From Escherichia coli (lineage in GTDB: Bacteria > Pseudomonadota > Gammaproteobacteria > Enterobacterales > Enterobacteriaceae), in assembly GCF_048403405.1 (NCBI RefSeq), contig NZ_CP183129.1: a stretch of DNA of 64,000 nucleotides, one strand, 5' to 3'. Below the pieces are notes generated by a model that was given only the letters and a program-made list of their open reading frames with translations, searched no databases and was not told where the DNA came from. Numbering within the stretch: position 1 is the stretch's first letter; the number at the start of each line of letters is the position of its first letter. Both the position numbers and the translations under genes were made by a program. Below, one piece after another: positions 19,160 through 28,147 of this stretch.

Positions 19160-20602
19160 ATGATGAAAGCAAAACGACACACGTTTTTTCCGCCGGCGCT
19201 GACACTGATGGTGTTATGCAGTGTACCGGCATTTTCTGTCCGGGCCGGGCTGGATTTTTCTGCCGGTGCGAATGATATCGGCTACGGCGCAAATGTTTCC
19301 GGCGCGGTCTCCGACAAACTGTACTACAACCTGGGCGGCGGCACGGTGTTATCCCAGCCGCCGGGGCGCAGTAATCTGCAACGTCTGGGGATGAGCATGG
19401 GCTGGAACAGTGATCTGATGTGCGGCAATTTTGATATCAAAACCACGGTGGGCAACCAGCTGAACGGGGTGACGGCCGGCTTTAAGAATCTGATGAGTGA
19501 GGTGATCCAGAATGCCACCGGGGCGGTGGCCAGTCTGCCGGCGATGGCTATCCAGCGGGCGAATCCCGGCCTGTATGAAATGCTGACCAACGGGGTGTTG
19601 CAGGCTAATGTGGCGTTTGATAAGGCGCAGCTGAACTGTCAGAACATGGCTAAACGGATGATGGACTTTTCAGAAAATAATCAGTGGACGCAGGCGGCGA
19701 TCCTCGAAGAAGCAAAGAATATCATCAATAACAGTGACGGGGATGCGGTAAAAACTGACCAGCAAATTCAGCAAAGCAGTGGCGATAAAGGGGTTGTATG
19801 GATAGGCGGGAAACAGCGCGGTGGGGTTGGTCAGCCTGCGATTCAGCCGGCGCAGGATTTTGCACAGGCCGGCTTTAATATCATGAACGGTCTGCCGGCA
19901 ACCAGTACGGCCCCGGTGCCGGCCGGCCAGTGTAACGGAGCCGCTTGCAGGCGCTTTGCCAACAGTGAGGAAGCCGCTCAGGTGGTCACACAGGTGCTGG
20001 GCAGCAAATCGGTCCGCACCTGCACCAATCCGGCGGATTGTCAGAGCGGCGGTGAGGCGGAGCAACCGGGCAGTTCCCAGCCAGGAACCGGGCTGGCACC
20101 GGTGCTGGAGACCACCACCCGGGAAAATTTGGAACAGCTGCATAAACTGGTGAACAGCCGGGGCGCGGTCGGGGCGGCAGAGTTGGCGAAACTGAAAACC
20201 GGCAGCCTGACGGTCTCCCGGGGGGTGATTGAAGCGCTGCGCCGGGATCCGGATAAAACGGCATTAACACAGCGTCTGGCCGGTGAGCTGGCGATGGCGG
20301 ACACGATGGAGCTGGCGCTGACGATGCGCCGGATGCTGATCACCGGCCAGGGGGAGCCGAATGCCGGTAATTTTCCGAAAGCCCAGGAGATCGGTAACCA
20401 GTCGGTTGACCAGCTGGATCGCGAAATCGGGATGCTGCAAACGGAAATGGAAGTGCGTAAATCCATTGCCAATAACGCGATGCTGACGGTGATTGAGCGT
20501 GATCAGCAACGGACACAGGCGAACCCTGCCACCCAGACCCCAGATAATACGGATGTGCGTGTACAGGGACTGGAGCAAAACAGTGACACCGGAGGACGTT
20601 AA
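19160..20602 (+). CDS. ICE periplasmic protein (PFL_4712-like, tentative)
   Basis: 480 aa with signal peptide, coupled to neighbours. Confidence 0.45.
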   Translation: MMKAKRHTFFPPALTLMVLCSVPAFSVRAGLDFSAGANDIGYGANVSGAVSDKLYYNLGGGTVLSQPPGRSNLQRLGMSMGWNSDLMCGNFDIKTTVGNQLNGVTAGFKNLMSEVIQNATGAVASLPAMAIQRANPGLYEMLTNGVLQANVAFDKAQLNCQNMAKRMMDFSENNQWTQAAILEEAKNIINNSDGDAVKTDQQIQQSSGDKGVVWIGGKQRGGVGQPAIQPAQDFAQAGFNIMNGLPATSTAPVPAGQCNGAACRRFANSEEAAQVVTQVLGSKSVRTCTNPADCQSGGEAEQPGSSQPGTGLAPVLETTTRENLEQLHKLVNSRGAVGAAELAKLKTGSLTVSRGVIEALRRDPDKTALTQRLAGELAMADTMELALTMRRMLITGQGEPNAGNFPKAQEIGNQSVDQLDREIGMLQTEMEVRKSIANNAMLTVIERDQQRTQANPATQTPDNTDVRVQGLEQNSDTGGR

Positions 20603-20941
20603 ATGACGAAAGGAAAAACCGGGCGCCGGTTATGGCCGGTGCTGAAAGTAACCGGGCTGACCCTGCTCAGTATGGTGGTGTTGCTGGCGGTGGCTCAGCT
20701 GGGGCTGAGTTATTACGGTGAGGCGGACAGTCTGCGCCGGGCGTTTTACCGTGCCCGCTGGTTCTGGCTGGTCTGGCGGTGTGTGTTGTACGGAGCCGTG
20801 GCGGTTGGATTATGGAAACTGTATCACCACCCGAAAGTCAGTGAGACGGCCCGGCGCAGTCTGAAGCGCAGCGGGCTGGCGATGGCCGCCTTTGTGGCGG
20901 TGAGTGAATGGTCAGTCTGGGCGGGAGGTGACGGCTTATGA
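20603..20941 (+). CDS. small ICE membrane protein
   Basis: 112 aa, three hydrophobic helices, translationally coupled. Confidence 0.45.
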   Translation: MTKGKTGRRLWPVLKVTGLTLLSMVVLLAVAQLGLSYYGEADSLRRAFYRARWFWLVWRCVLYGAVAVGLWKLYHHPKVSETARRSLKRSGLAMAAFVAVSEWSVWAGGDGL

Positions 20942-22419
20942 TGACAAACAGTTATCTCGAGTATTTTCTCACGCTGCTGGCCTGGGTGGTGAATAACGGA
21001 TTGTGGTCGGTACTGACCAGCACCGGGCTGTTTGCGCTGCCGCTGGTCTTTAAAGTGCTGGGGATCTGGCTGAAAGTGCGGGAAGAGGGGGAGGATGAGG
21101 GTAACAAAGGTTCACTGGCAATTGTGCGTATCGAGAACGCGCTTTACGGCGCCTTTGTGGTGATCCTGTTTTGTTGTGTGCCGTTGATGGAGGTGAGTGT
21201 CAGTACCCTGCAATTTGATACCAGCCGGACCAAAACCTGCGGCACCTGGACCCCGGTGAAGCCGGCGGAATCCGGTTACAGCGGCGTGGTGTCGTCACTG
21301 GATAATCAGACAGCCAAAATCCCGCTGTGGTGGATGCTGGTACATAAGCTGTCGAAAGGGGTGACTCAGGCGGCGGTGGCCAGCATTCCGTGCCGGCCGG
21401 ATTTGCGTCAGGTGCGTTTTGAGGTGCAGCACAGCAACATTAAAAATCCGGCGCTGGCTGCCGCACTTCAGGATTTTACGGATGACTGTTACTCACGTGC
21501 CCTGTATGACTGGAAAGCGAAAGATCAGGGAAAAACACAGGATGAAAAAACGTTACAGGATATCACCTGGATAGGCTCGGCCACCTTTATGAAAGGGGAA
21601 TATCATCAGATCCAGTCACGGACACCGCGGGCGGGCTTTCCCTGGGATGCCGACCGGGATGACGGGTATGCGAATGTCAACGGCAACGGTTACCCGACCT
21701 GTTATCAGTGGTGGAATGATGCGAATGCAGGGTTACTGAAACTTGTCAAAGAGCAGACCGATGAAGGGATGTGGCTGCGTGCCCGGGCGGCGATGAAGCT
21801 GATTAATAAAAACTCGAAAGAGTTTGAGGAGGCCATCGTCCGCCGGCTGGTGAGTCCGGCGAATCTGGATGTCTCCGGCGGCCGGGTATACCGGGGATAC
21901 GGGGGTAATGCGGATATGACGGTGATGAATGAGCTGGCCAGAATGGGAGGGGTAGCCGGGACTTCGCTGGCGTCACTGGGGGCATTCCCTGCCTTTGATA
22001 CGATGCGACAGTCCTTACCGATGGTGCAGGGGCTGATGTTAATGGCGGTGTATATCATGATCCCGATGGTGCTGATGTTTTCGGCGTATGAATTTAAGAC
22101 GGCGATAACGGTGACGTTTGTGATATTTGCGCTGAACTTTCTGACATTCTGGTGGGAGCTGGCACGCTGGATAGACAGCTGGATGATGGAGGCACTGTAT
22201 AATTCCGATACGCACAGTCAGTGGAATATGAACGGGCTTCAGAACACGTCTGATGATGTCATTATGAACCTGGTAATGGGAACGATGTTTTTGGTGTTGC
22301 CGGCGTTGTGGTTGACAGCATTTGGTTGGGCTGGAGCTAAAGTTGGGTCCGAGCTAGGTAATATGACATCTAACGCGACTTCACCTGCGCATAGTGCGGG
22401 GGGAAAGGAGGACAGTTAG
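20938..22419 (+). CDS. TraG-like conjugal transfer membrane protein (TraG N-terminal domain type)
   Basis: 493 aa polytopic membrane protein, last gene of the GC-rich pore block. Confidence 0.5.
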   Translation: MMTNSYLEYFLTLLAWVVNNGLWSVLTSTGLFALPLVFKVLGIWLKVREEGEDEGNKGSLAIVRIENALYGAFVVILFCCVPLMEVSVSTLQFDTSRTKTCGTWTPVKPAESGYSGVVSSLDNQTAKIPLWWMLVHKLSKGVTQAAVASIPCRPDLRQVRFEVQHSNIKNPALAAALQDFTDDCYSRALYDWKAKDQGKTQDEKTLQDITWIGSATFMKGEYHQIQSRTPRAGFPWDADRDDGYANVNGNGYPTCYQWWNDANAGLLKLVKEQTDEGMWLRARAAMKLINKNSKEFEEAIVRRLVSPANLDVSGGRVYRGYGGNADMTVMNELARMGGVAGTSLASLGAFPAFDTMRQSLPMVQGLMLMAVYIMIPMVLMFSAYEFKTAITVTFVIFALNFLTFWWELARWIDSWMMEALYNSDTHSQWNMNGLQNTSDDVIMNLVMGTMFLVLPALWLTAFGWAGAKVGSELGNMTSNATSPAHSAGGKEDS

Positions 22420-22493
22420 CAGAACAAGCTATTTCTAAAAAAGTTAACTAATAATATTTTGAAGCCAGCTGCAAAATTTAGTTTTGTGGCTGG

Positions 22494-22901
22494 CTAATCT
22501 TCGTCAATATTTATTCCGTTCATATAATATCCAAAACCTTGGTTGCCATTTCTAAAGTCGTCACTATTGCCAACGAGATTGGATTGCCATTCATTATTGT
22601 TATCAGTGGATTGAATGTTATTTCCTGAAGAAATATCAATGTGTTCTATTACAGAAAATAAAATCACCAACGCTCCAAAGGTAAATAGGATGTACAAACT
22701 GAAATAAGCCAGTAACGCGATGACTGCGAGAGTTATAGATACCAGTGGAATATGCCCCAGCCAACCCGGCATATTTTTGCTTTTGGCGCTTGCCACACAG
22801 TTCTTATCGAAAGCCTTCAATTTTTTGATTAGCCATTTTGCTTTATAAGCTGCTTTTATGCCCCAGCGTTCTCCTCTGGAAGCGGCTGTTTTATCACTCA
22901 T
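22494..22901 (-). CDS. hypothetical small membrane protein (AT-rich cargo)
   Basis: 135 aa, central long hydrophobic segment, Asn/Asp-rich tail, very low GC. Confidence 0.4.
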   Translation of the reverse strand: MSDKTAASRGERWGIKAAYKAKWLIKKLKAFDKNCVASAKSKNMPGWLGHIPLVSITLAVIALLAYFSLYILFTFGALVILFSVIEHIDISSGNNIQSTDNNNEWQSNLVGNSDDFRNGNQGFGYYMNGINIDED

Positions 22902-23243
22902 TTCCCCCTCCGGTAATCAGTGAGTCTGATTTATCTCATGCTTGTCGTCTATCGTTAATACAATTTTAGGTCGATTTTTAATCATTGTCTACATCTTGTG
23001 AGTTATGCACATATCCACGGTCACCAAGCCAGTGCAACCCGATGCCAACAAGCAATCGGGTAAACGGGAGCGTACAGGGCATCGGCCCTGATGGTGGCGG
23101 TGGGTATGTGTATAACTTTTTTGTTGCCTTCATATAAAAATCTTATTCTTTCATCTGGATGGATTTATTGAATTTGATTTTTTATGTCAGTTTAAGTAAG
23201 TTTTTAATATGTATCCGAGTCCTTGTATATAGGAGATGATAAT

Positions 23244-23543
23244 ATGAATTTTATTTTTTGGTTTGTGGTCTTAATAGGGGCGGGATATTTGTGGAGGAGG
23301 AGGGGTTGGTTCAGTAAAATAAGGAAGCAATACTCAAGGAGAAAAACAACATTAAATGGTAACAAAGGATGTTTATATAATAAAAAAAATGACAATGATG
23401 CTTTGGAAGGTAATGGGGATTGTAATAATTTTTATTCTGAGAATAAAGAAAGTTTCTTTTGGTTAATGATTGAGAGAGGTATTAAATTTTACAGAAAAGA
23501 ATATTTGACTACGATTACTGAAAAAAATATCATGATAAGTTAG
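23244..23543 (+). CDS. hypothetical small membrane protein (AT-rich cargo)
   Basis: N-terminal TM followed by basic stretch; RBS aggag 8 nt upstream of ATG 23244. Confidence 0.4.
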   Translation: MNFIFWFVVLIGAGYLWRRRGWFSKIRKQYSRRKTTLNGNKGCLYNKKNDNDALEGNGDCNNFYSENKESFFWLMIERGIKFYRKEYLTTITEKNIMIS

Positions 23544-23782
23544 TGAGCTGGTTTGGTGAGAAATGTTATATACATTGTCAGGTTAGTTTAGGGAGTTTAT
23601 TTATATTCCCAAAACAAAAAAATTTTACTGATGAAGAACAAAAACGTTTTTTTTCTGTTTGTAATAGAATGTCCTTGGATTTTATTTTAACATTTAAAAC
23701 TAATATGCCCTTCTTACGTGTTTCTGTTGACTCTATGAAAAATAAACCGCCTGTTTGGGATGTTTATGATAAATCCAAATAA
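23543..23782 (+). CDS. hypothetical small protein, overlapping previous stop
   Basis: 79-aa ORF, ATGA overlap with upstream gene suggests coupling. Confidence 0.3.
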   Translation: MSWFGEKCYIHCQVSLGSLFIFPKQKNFTDEEQKRFFSVCNRMSLDFILTFKTNMPFLRVSVDSMKNKPPVWDVYDKSK

Positions 23783-23957
23783 AAACATATCTGATTGTTG
23801 AGTTTTCGTGATTAAAGATGGCATTGATTATTAATACGATGAAGAACCAACAAGGGGATATTTAATAAAGAGAAAAAGGAGGATGTAAAATATTCTCCTT
23901 TTTCTTTATCGGGTATTGACGAAAAAAGAAAGTTTGATTAAATTTACCACGTTACAC

Positions 23958-24176
23958 CGTTGCTTAATGCAACATTGCCAATGCTTCGGTTGTCTGAGAG
24001 AAGCGCCTACGGGTGACAACAATGCCAATCCGGCAATCTGAGAGGAACGCCTACGGGTGATTGCCACTGCCAATCCTCGGGTCATCTGAGACGAGGGCCT
24101 ACGGGCGATGACAGAACTCCGTTCGTCCTTGAAATCGACGGAGGGTGATAACAGAATAGCGTTATCATCAGGATTA
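23958..24176 (+). repeat. Structured direct repeat copy 1 (three tandem hairpin units plus two further hairpins)
   Basis: Near-identical to 26392-26612; three about 45-nt units with stems gttgtc/gacaac, ggcaatc/gattgcc, gtcatc/gatgac around a conserved loop tgaga..gcctacggg. Confidence 0.8.
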
Positions 24177-24389
24177 ACTGCACTTCAGTGACCATGTCAC
24201 AGCTATCCGGTCACTCGGATATCCACAAAAAAGCAGAGTATGCGATAACGTGTATCTGCCTCTTCTGATGTGTTCTGACGAATACGTCCTGCTTTCTGCA
24301 ACCTTTGTATGCCCGGTATGACGCGTTTCCATTGCGCAGCTTTGGAAAGCGGCATCTTCGGAGCAATACATTGAGCAGCAGAATGATGG

Positions 24390-24436
24390 GCGTGCGTCAC
24401 TTTCGTCAAGTGAAACGAAGACAAAGTGACGCACGC
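24390..24436. promoter_or_regulatory. Long imperfect palindrome upstream of the recombinase-like gene
   Basis: gcgtgcgtcactttcgtc ... gacaaagtgacgcacgc, about 17-bp arms, no flanking T-run. Confidence 0.4.
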
Positions 24437-24824
24437 AAGTGCATACGCTCAGAACGCTTCAATACTGGTCTTACAGCAAAACTGACAATCTGACAGACAT
24501 GTAATGCATTGCTCAGAACGGCTGAAAGTCTTTCAACGCTCAACGTTTATATGATGATAAAAACGTATAACATTATGAAAAAAGGAGAAAAAACGACACG
24601 ATACCAAGGCGACGTCAGGAAACTGACGGACGGAGGTGCCCTGATAACGGGGGCCGGTCTGATGACCGCAAACAGTTCAGAGAACTGATTTGATACCTCT
24701 CAACAACTCAACCTTTTATCGCCCCGGTGCTCAGGTATCTGTCAGGTCGCAGGATGCGCAATATAAAACCGTCGCGCCGGGAAAAGGTAACCAGTTGAGA
24801 GCGAAAGAGGCGGAGAATCAGAGA

Positions 24825-25733
24825 ATGTCCAGAAGAGCAAAAGCCCTGTCCCGTGAAATGCATATCCTTGCACGTCAGGCCGGAGGGAGCTTTAAAACCA
24901 TTGCAGACCGGGTCAAAATTGCAGAACGGGTTGCGGCAGAGCTGGCCGGGTTGAATATTCAGATACGATCTGTTGAGCAACTGAAATCCCGCCATATTGA
25001 AATGTATATCCATGCCCGCAGAGAACAGAATATCAGTTTACGCAGCTGTCAAAACGAAATGTCGGCTATCCGGGCGATATTTCGTGTTGCCGGACGTCAT
25101 AAACTGGCTGACCCTAAACATGAGCGCCTCAGTAATGAGGCGCTGGGGCTTTCAGGTGCCAGCAGGGCTGGCACCCGTACCGCGATATCGGACGAGCGCT
25201 TTCACGAAGCGCTCGCTCGGATTGAGCCTTATGATCAGGGGGTGGCATTAACTATGCAGTTATCCCGTAGTCTGGGATTGAGAAATGAAGAAGCCGTGCA
25301 GTCAGTAAAATCATTACGGACCTGGCAACAGGCGCTTAAAAACGGTAAAGATCGCGTTCATGTGGTTTTTGGGACAAAAGGAGGCAGACCCCGTGAAGCA
25401 TTAGTGCCGGATAAAGCCCGTGTATTAACATTAATTAATAAAGCCATTGAATATGCGGATAAACATAACGGTTATTTAATTAATCGTCCGTCATTACATT
25501 CTGCCAAAGATCGTTATATTAATGTGATGCGACGGATAGGCGGATTTATTCACGAAGAATCAAATCATGGTTTACGGTATGCCTATGCTCAGGATGTTGA
25601 AAAATATTATCTCAGTCAGGGATTCAGTCAAAAGGAAGCCTATGCATTAACCTCCATGGATTTAGGGCATGGTGACGGTCGTGGCGATTATATTAAACGG
25701 GTTTATAGTCAGAAAGGAGATATTGAGGAATAA
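24825..25733 (+). CDS. tyrosine recombinase-like protein (integrase-fold)
   Basis: Motifs in canonical order: LGLRNEE (Arg), HGLRYAYA (HxxR), LGHGDGRGDYIKRVY (candidate Tyr nucleophile); start taken at ATG 24825 after aagaggcggaga, though the ORF could extend to 24690. Confidence 0.5.
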   Translation: MSRRAKALSREMHILARQAGGSFKTIADRVKIAERVAAELAGLNIQIRSVEQLKSRHIEMYIHARREQNISLRSCQNEMSAIRAIFRVAGRHKLADPKHERLSNEALGLSGASRAGTRTAISDERFHEALARIEPYDQGVALTMQLSRSLGLRNEEAVQSVKSLRTWQQALKNGKDRVHVVFGTKGGRPREALVPDKARVLTLINKAIEYADKHNGYLINRPSLHSAKDRYINVMRRIGGFIHEESNHGLRYAYAQDVEKYYLSQGFSQKEAYALTSMDLGHGDGRGDYIKRVYSQKGDIEE

Positions 25734-25740
25734 GATAAAA

Positions 25741-26352
25741 ATGAAAGTCTGTTTAATTATTTTGTTTATTAATTTTGCTTTTTGTTTTCCGTTAATGGCG
25801 AAGACGTTATTTTTAGGTGATTCATTAACGGCTGTTTATGAAATGTCAGCAAAATATGTTTTGGATGAAAAAATAAAAACAGAATATGTTTCCGGTTCGG
25901 GGTTAATAAATAAAAGTAAAAAAGATTGGATCGCTTTCGTGAATAATTTCGATTTGCGGGAGTTTGATAATGTGATTATTAGTCTCGGAACAAATGATTT
26001 TGTTCAATATGGTTCGGATGAATGGCTGAAATATTACAGTCTGGTATTTCAATTCATTGCTGAAATTCAAAGTGAAAATCCGTTAGCGACAATTGTCTGG
26101 ATATCTCCACCACATTTAAAAAATCCGGAACATGAACGTTATTTAATACATACCCGGCATATAATTAAACACAGTGCGATGTTATTAAATATTCATTATC
26201 TGGATATTAATCAGCCTCATATATTAGGAACGCAATGGCAATCTGTTATTCATAATGAAACTGTACGAACTGATGATGGAATACATATTACCCGTAAAGG
26301 GGGAGTACGGGTGATCAGAGAAGTGGTAAAAATCCTGAATGGGCAGGATTGA
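25741..26352 (+). CDS. secreted SGNH/GDSL-family hydrolase (esterase/acylhydrolase)
   Basis: Signal peptide then GDSL block (LFLGDSLTA), GTND block, C-terminal DDGIH; very low GC; RBS gagga. Confidence 0.6.
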   Translation: MKVCLIILFINFAFCFPLMAKTLFLGDSLTAVYEMSAKYVLDEKIKTEYVSGSGLINKSKKDWIAFVNNFDLREFDNVIISLGTNDFVQYGSDEWLKYYSLVFQFIAEIQSENPLATIVWISPPHLKNPEHERYLIHTRHIIKHSAMLLNIHYLDINQPHILGTQWQSVIHNETVRTDDGIHITRKGGVRVIREVVKILNGQD

Positions 26353-26391
26353 CAAAGATAAAAAAACGGCTAAAAATGAATCTGCTTATCT

Positions 26392-26612
26392 CGTTGCGTA
26401 ATGCAACTTGCCAATGCTTCGGTTGTCTGAGAGAAGCGCCTACGGGTGACAACAATGCCAATGTTCCGGCAATCTGAGAGGAACGCCTACGGGTGATTGC
26501 CACTGCCAATCCTCGGGTCATCTGAGACGGGAGCCTACGGGCGATGACAGAACTCCGTTCGTCCTTGAAATCGACGGAGGGTGATAACAGAATAGCGTTA
26601 TCATCAGGATTA
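26392..26612 (+). repeat. Structured direct repeat copy 2
   Basis: Same orientation as 23958-24176; differs by 3 substitutions and two small indels. Confidence 0.8.
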
Positions 26613-26640
26613 TTTTTACGCAACGCTTCATATAACCTGC

Positions 26641-26700
26641 CCGCTGACGGGGAAATCACCCGTCATCAGGGAATTTCTCCGTTTTTTCAGGAGAAATTCA
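26641..26700 (+). promoter_or_regulatory. Two-hairpin leader sequestering the RBS of the downstream gene
   Basis: gacggg-loop-cccgtc followed by tttctcc-TTTTTT-ggagaaa ending 4 nt before ATG 26701; same architecture at 28081-28147. Confidence 0.5.
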
Positions 26701-27063
26701 ATGAAGGTATCTACATTTCCGGAATCGTCTTTTTTTGACGATCTGCACTCTCTCACGCAACTGCATCACCTCTCAGGTGAGCTCGACATGGTTCTTGCTT
26801 TTGTCCGTCTGGATATTGGCGAGCACCCGGACGAAGATAATTTTCCGCCAAACTTCTGGATAATCAGTGCCGTTGCAGAGCAACTGGGCGCGTTATCTGT
26901 GGAGGCTGATTTTACCCGTCCACATCTTGAGAAAATGGTCCGCGCTGTCTGGAAAGCGGCTGAGCAAACGCCTTATGCGTCTGACTTTCGCCGTATCTAC
27001 AACGATGCGATCAAAAATGCACAGTTTGAAGATCCGGTTGAAGCGCTGATGTTTGGTGCTTAA
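26701..27063 (+). CDS. hypothetical acidic protein (ICE cargo)
   Basis: 120-aa ORF directly after the structured leader. Confidence 0.45.
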   Translation: MKVSTFPESSFFDDLHSLTQLHHLSGELDMVLAFVRLDIGEHPDEDNFPPNFWIISAVAEQLGALSVEADFTRPHLEKMVRAVWKAAEQTPYASDFRRIYNDAIKNAQFEDPVEALMFGA

Positions 27064-27144
27064 CGGCGGACATTCACTGATTTTATGACCCATACGGGAA
27101 AACATCCCGTGAGGGCTGTATTCCCTTATCTGAGGATAGCCCTT

Positions 27145-27462
27145 ATGACTCTTTTTACATTGAATTATGGTGTTGCCCACGTAATGTCTGGTATTGCCAG
27201 TTATTTATTTCCGCATTCCCGTGTTTCTCAGCAACTGAAGGCCGTTGCTAATGATGCCCGGATGCTGAAAATCACCGCAGAAGAACTGGAGGTGATACGT
27301 TTGGACGAAAAACGGATGTATCAGAGCGGAGATTACAGAGAACTGCCGTTTATTGAGCTTGATTTGTATACAACGGCATTTCGTTTTGGCGCCCTGATTT
27401 ACTATGGACTCGCAAACCGGTGCCCCCGCATTTTTGCTTCACCGGCTGACAGTCATCGCTGA
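27145..27462 (+). CDS. hypothetical protein (ICE cargo)
   Basis: ORF with gagga RBS; preceded by an acggga-loop-tcccgt hairpin. Confidence 0.35.
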   Translation: MTLFTLNYGVAHVMSGIASYLFPHSRVSQQLKAVANDARMLKITAEELEVIRLDEKRMYQSGDYRELPFIELDLYTTAFRFGALIYYGLANRCPRIFASPADSHR

Positions 27463-27628
27463 GCGGCTCGATCCGGAAATCTGGAATGAAGCCTGGCGCT
27501 GGGGTTACCGCTGCTGCCTGCAACACGAAAATGAAAAGCATGTAACCGACTGATTTAACGGACTCACAGGTGTCAGTCAGCTACCCTGAAATGGGGCTGC
27601 TTCCATTTACTGATCAGGTTTGATAACC

Positions 27629-28051
27629 ATGATTTATGGCATTACCCGCGGACTGTTCTTTGTGGCCGATCACGTCTGTCGCTATTCCCGGAGTTGGGAA
27701 TGGCTGATGTGGCTGGTTGAGGAAGCCCGGACACTGCGAAATGTTGAGGCTGATTTGAAACTGGCTGAAAGGTATGCCGGTGAGCAAAACCGCCCTCATT
27801 CCATTTCGCTGATGAAGTGTACGCTTTATGATGCCGGATTTGCTTACGGCAGATTATTACTGTGGCGTGCGGATGGTCTGATGAGACCCTGGCCGGCATG
27901 TCTGCTTCGCCGTTTACCGGATATCGGTCAGCGGATTGATGCAGTGATCTGGCAGAAAGGCTGTGAAGCCGGCTTGGATGAGACCGTCAGTGAATGGATG
28001 GCAATGGAGATGGCTGATGAATACCTTGTCGGTATCGAACTGAGCGACTGA
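27629..28051 (+). CDS. hypothetical protein (ICE cargo)
   Basis: 141-aa ORF, Trp-rich. Confidence 0.4.
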   Translation: MIYGITRGLFFVADHVCRYSRSWEWLMWLVEEARTLRNVEADLKLAERYAGEQNRPHSISLMKCTLYDAGFAYGRLLLWRADGLMRPWPACLLRRLPDIGQRIDAVIWQKGCEAGLDETVSEWMAMEMADEYLVGIELSD

Positions 28052-28080
28052 TTTGCCGGCATTCATTCTTTTTTTACTTA

Positions 28081-28147
28081 CCTACCCGACGGGGAAACTC
28101 CCCGTCAGGTGGACGTTTCTCCGTCTTTTTTTACCGGAGAAACACAC
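28081..28147 (+). promoter_or_regulatory. Two-hairpin leader sequestering the RBS (second copy)
   Basis: gacgggg-aaact-ccccgtc and tttctccg-tcttttttta-cggagaaa immediately before ATG 28148. Confidence 0.5.

Noticed and set aside
23958-24176. CRISPR array interpretation of the tandem hairpin units
   Set aside because: Only three units, no identical repeats separated by unique spacers; the conserved part is the loop and the variable part is the stem, the reverse of a CRISPR array; no cas genes nearby.
23958-26612. Integron attC sites or an IS with terminal inverted repeats
   Set aside because: The flanking copies are direct, not inverted, and the stems do not fit the attC core consensus; no transposase is present between them.
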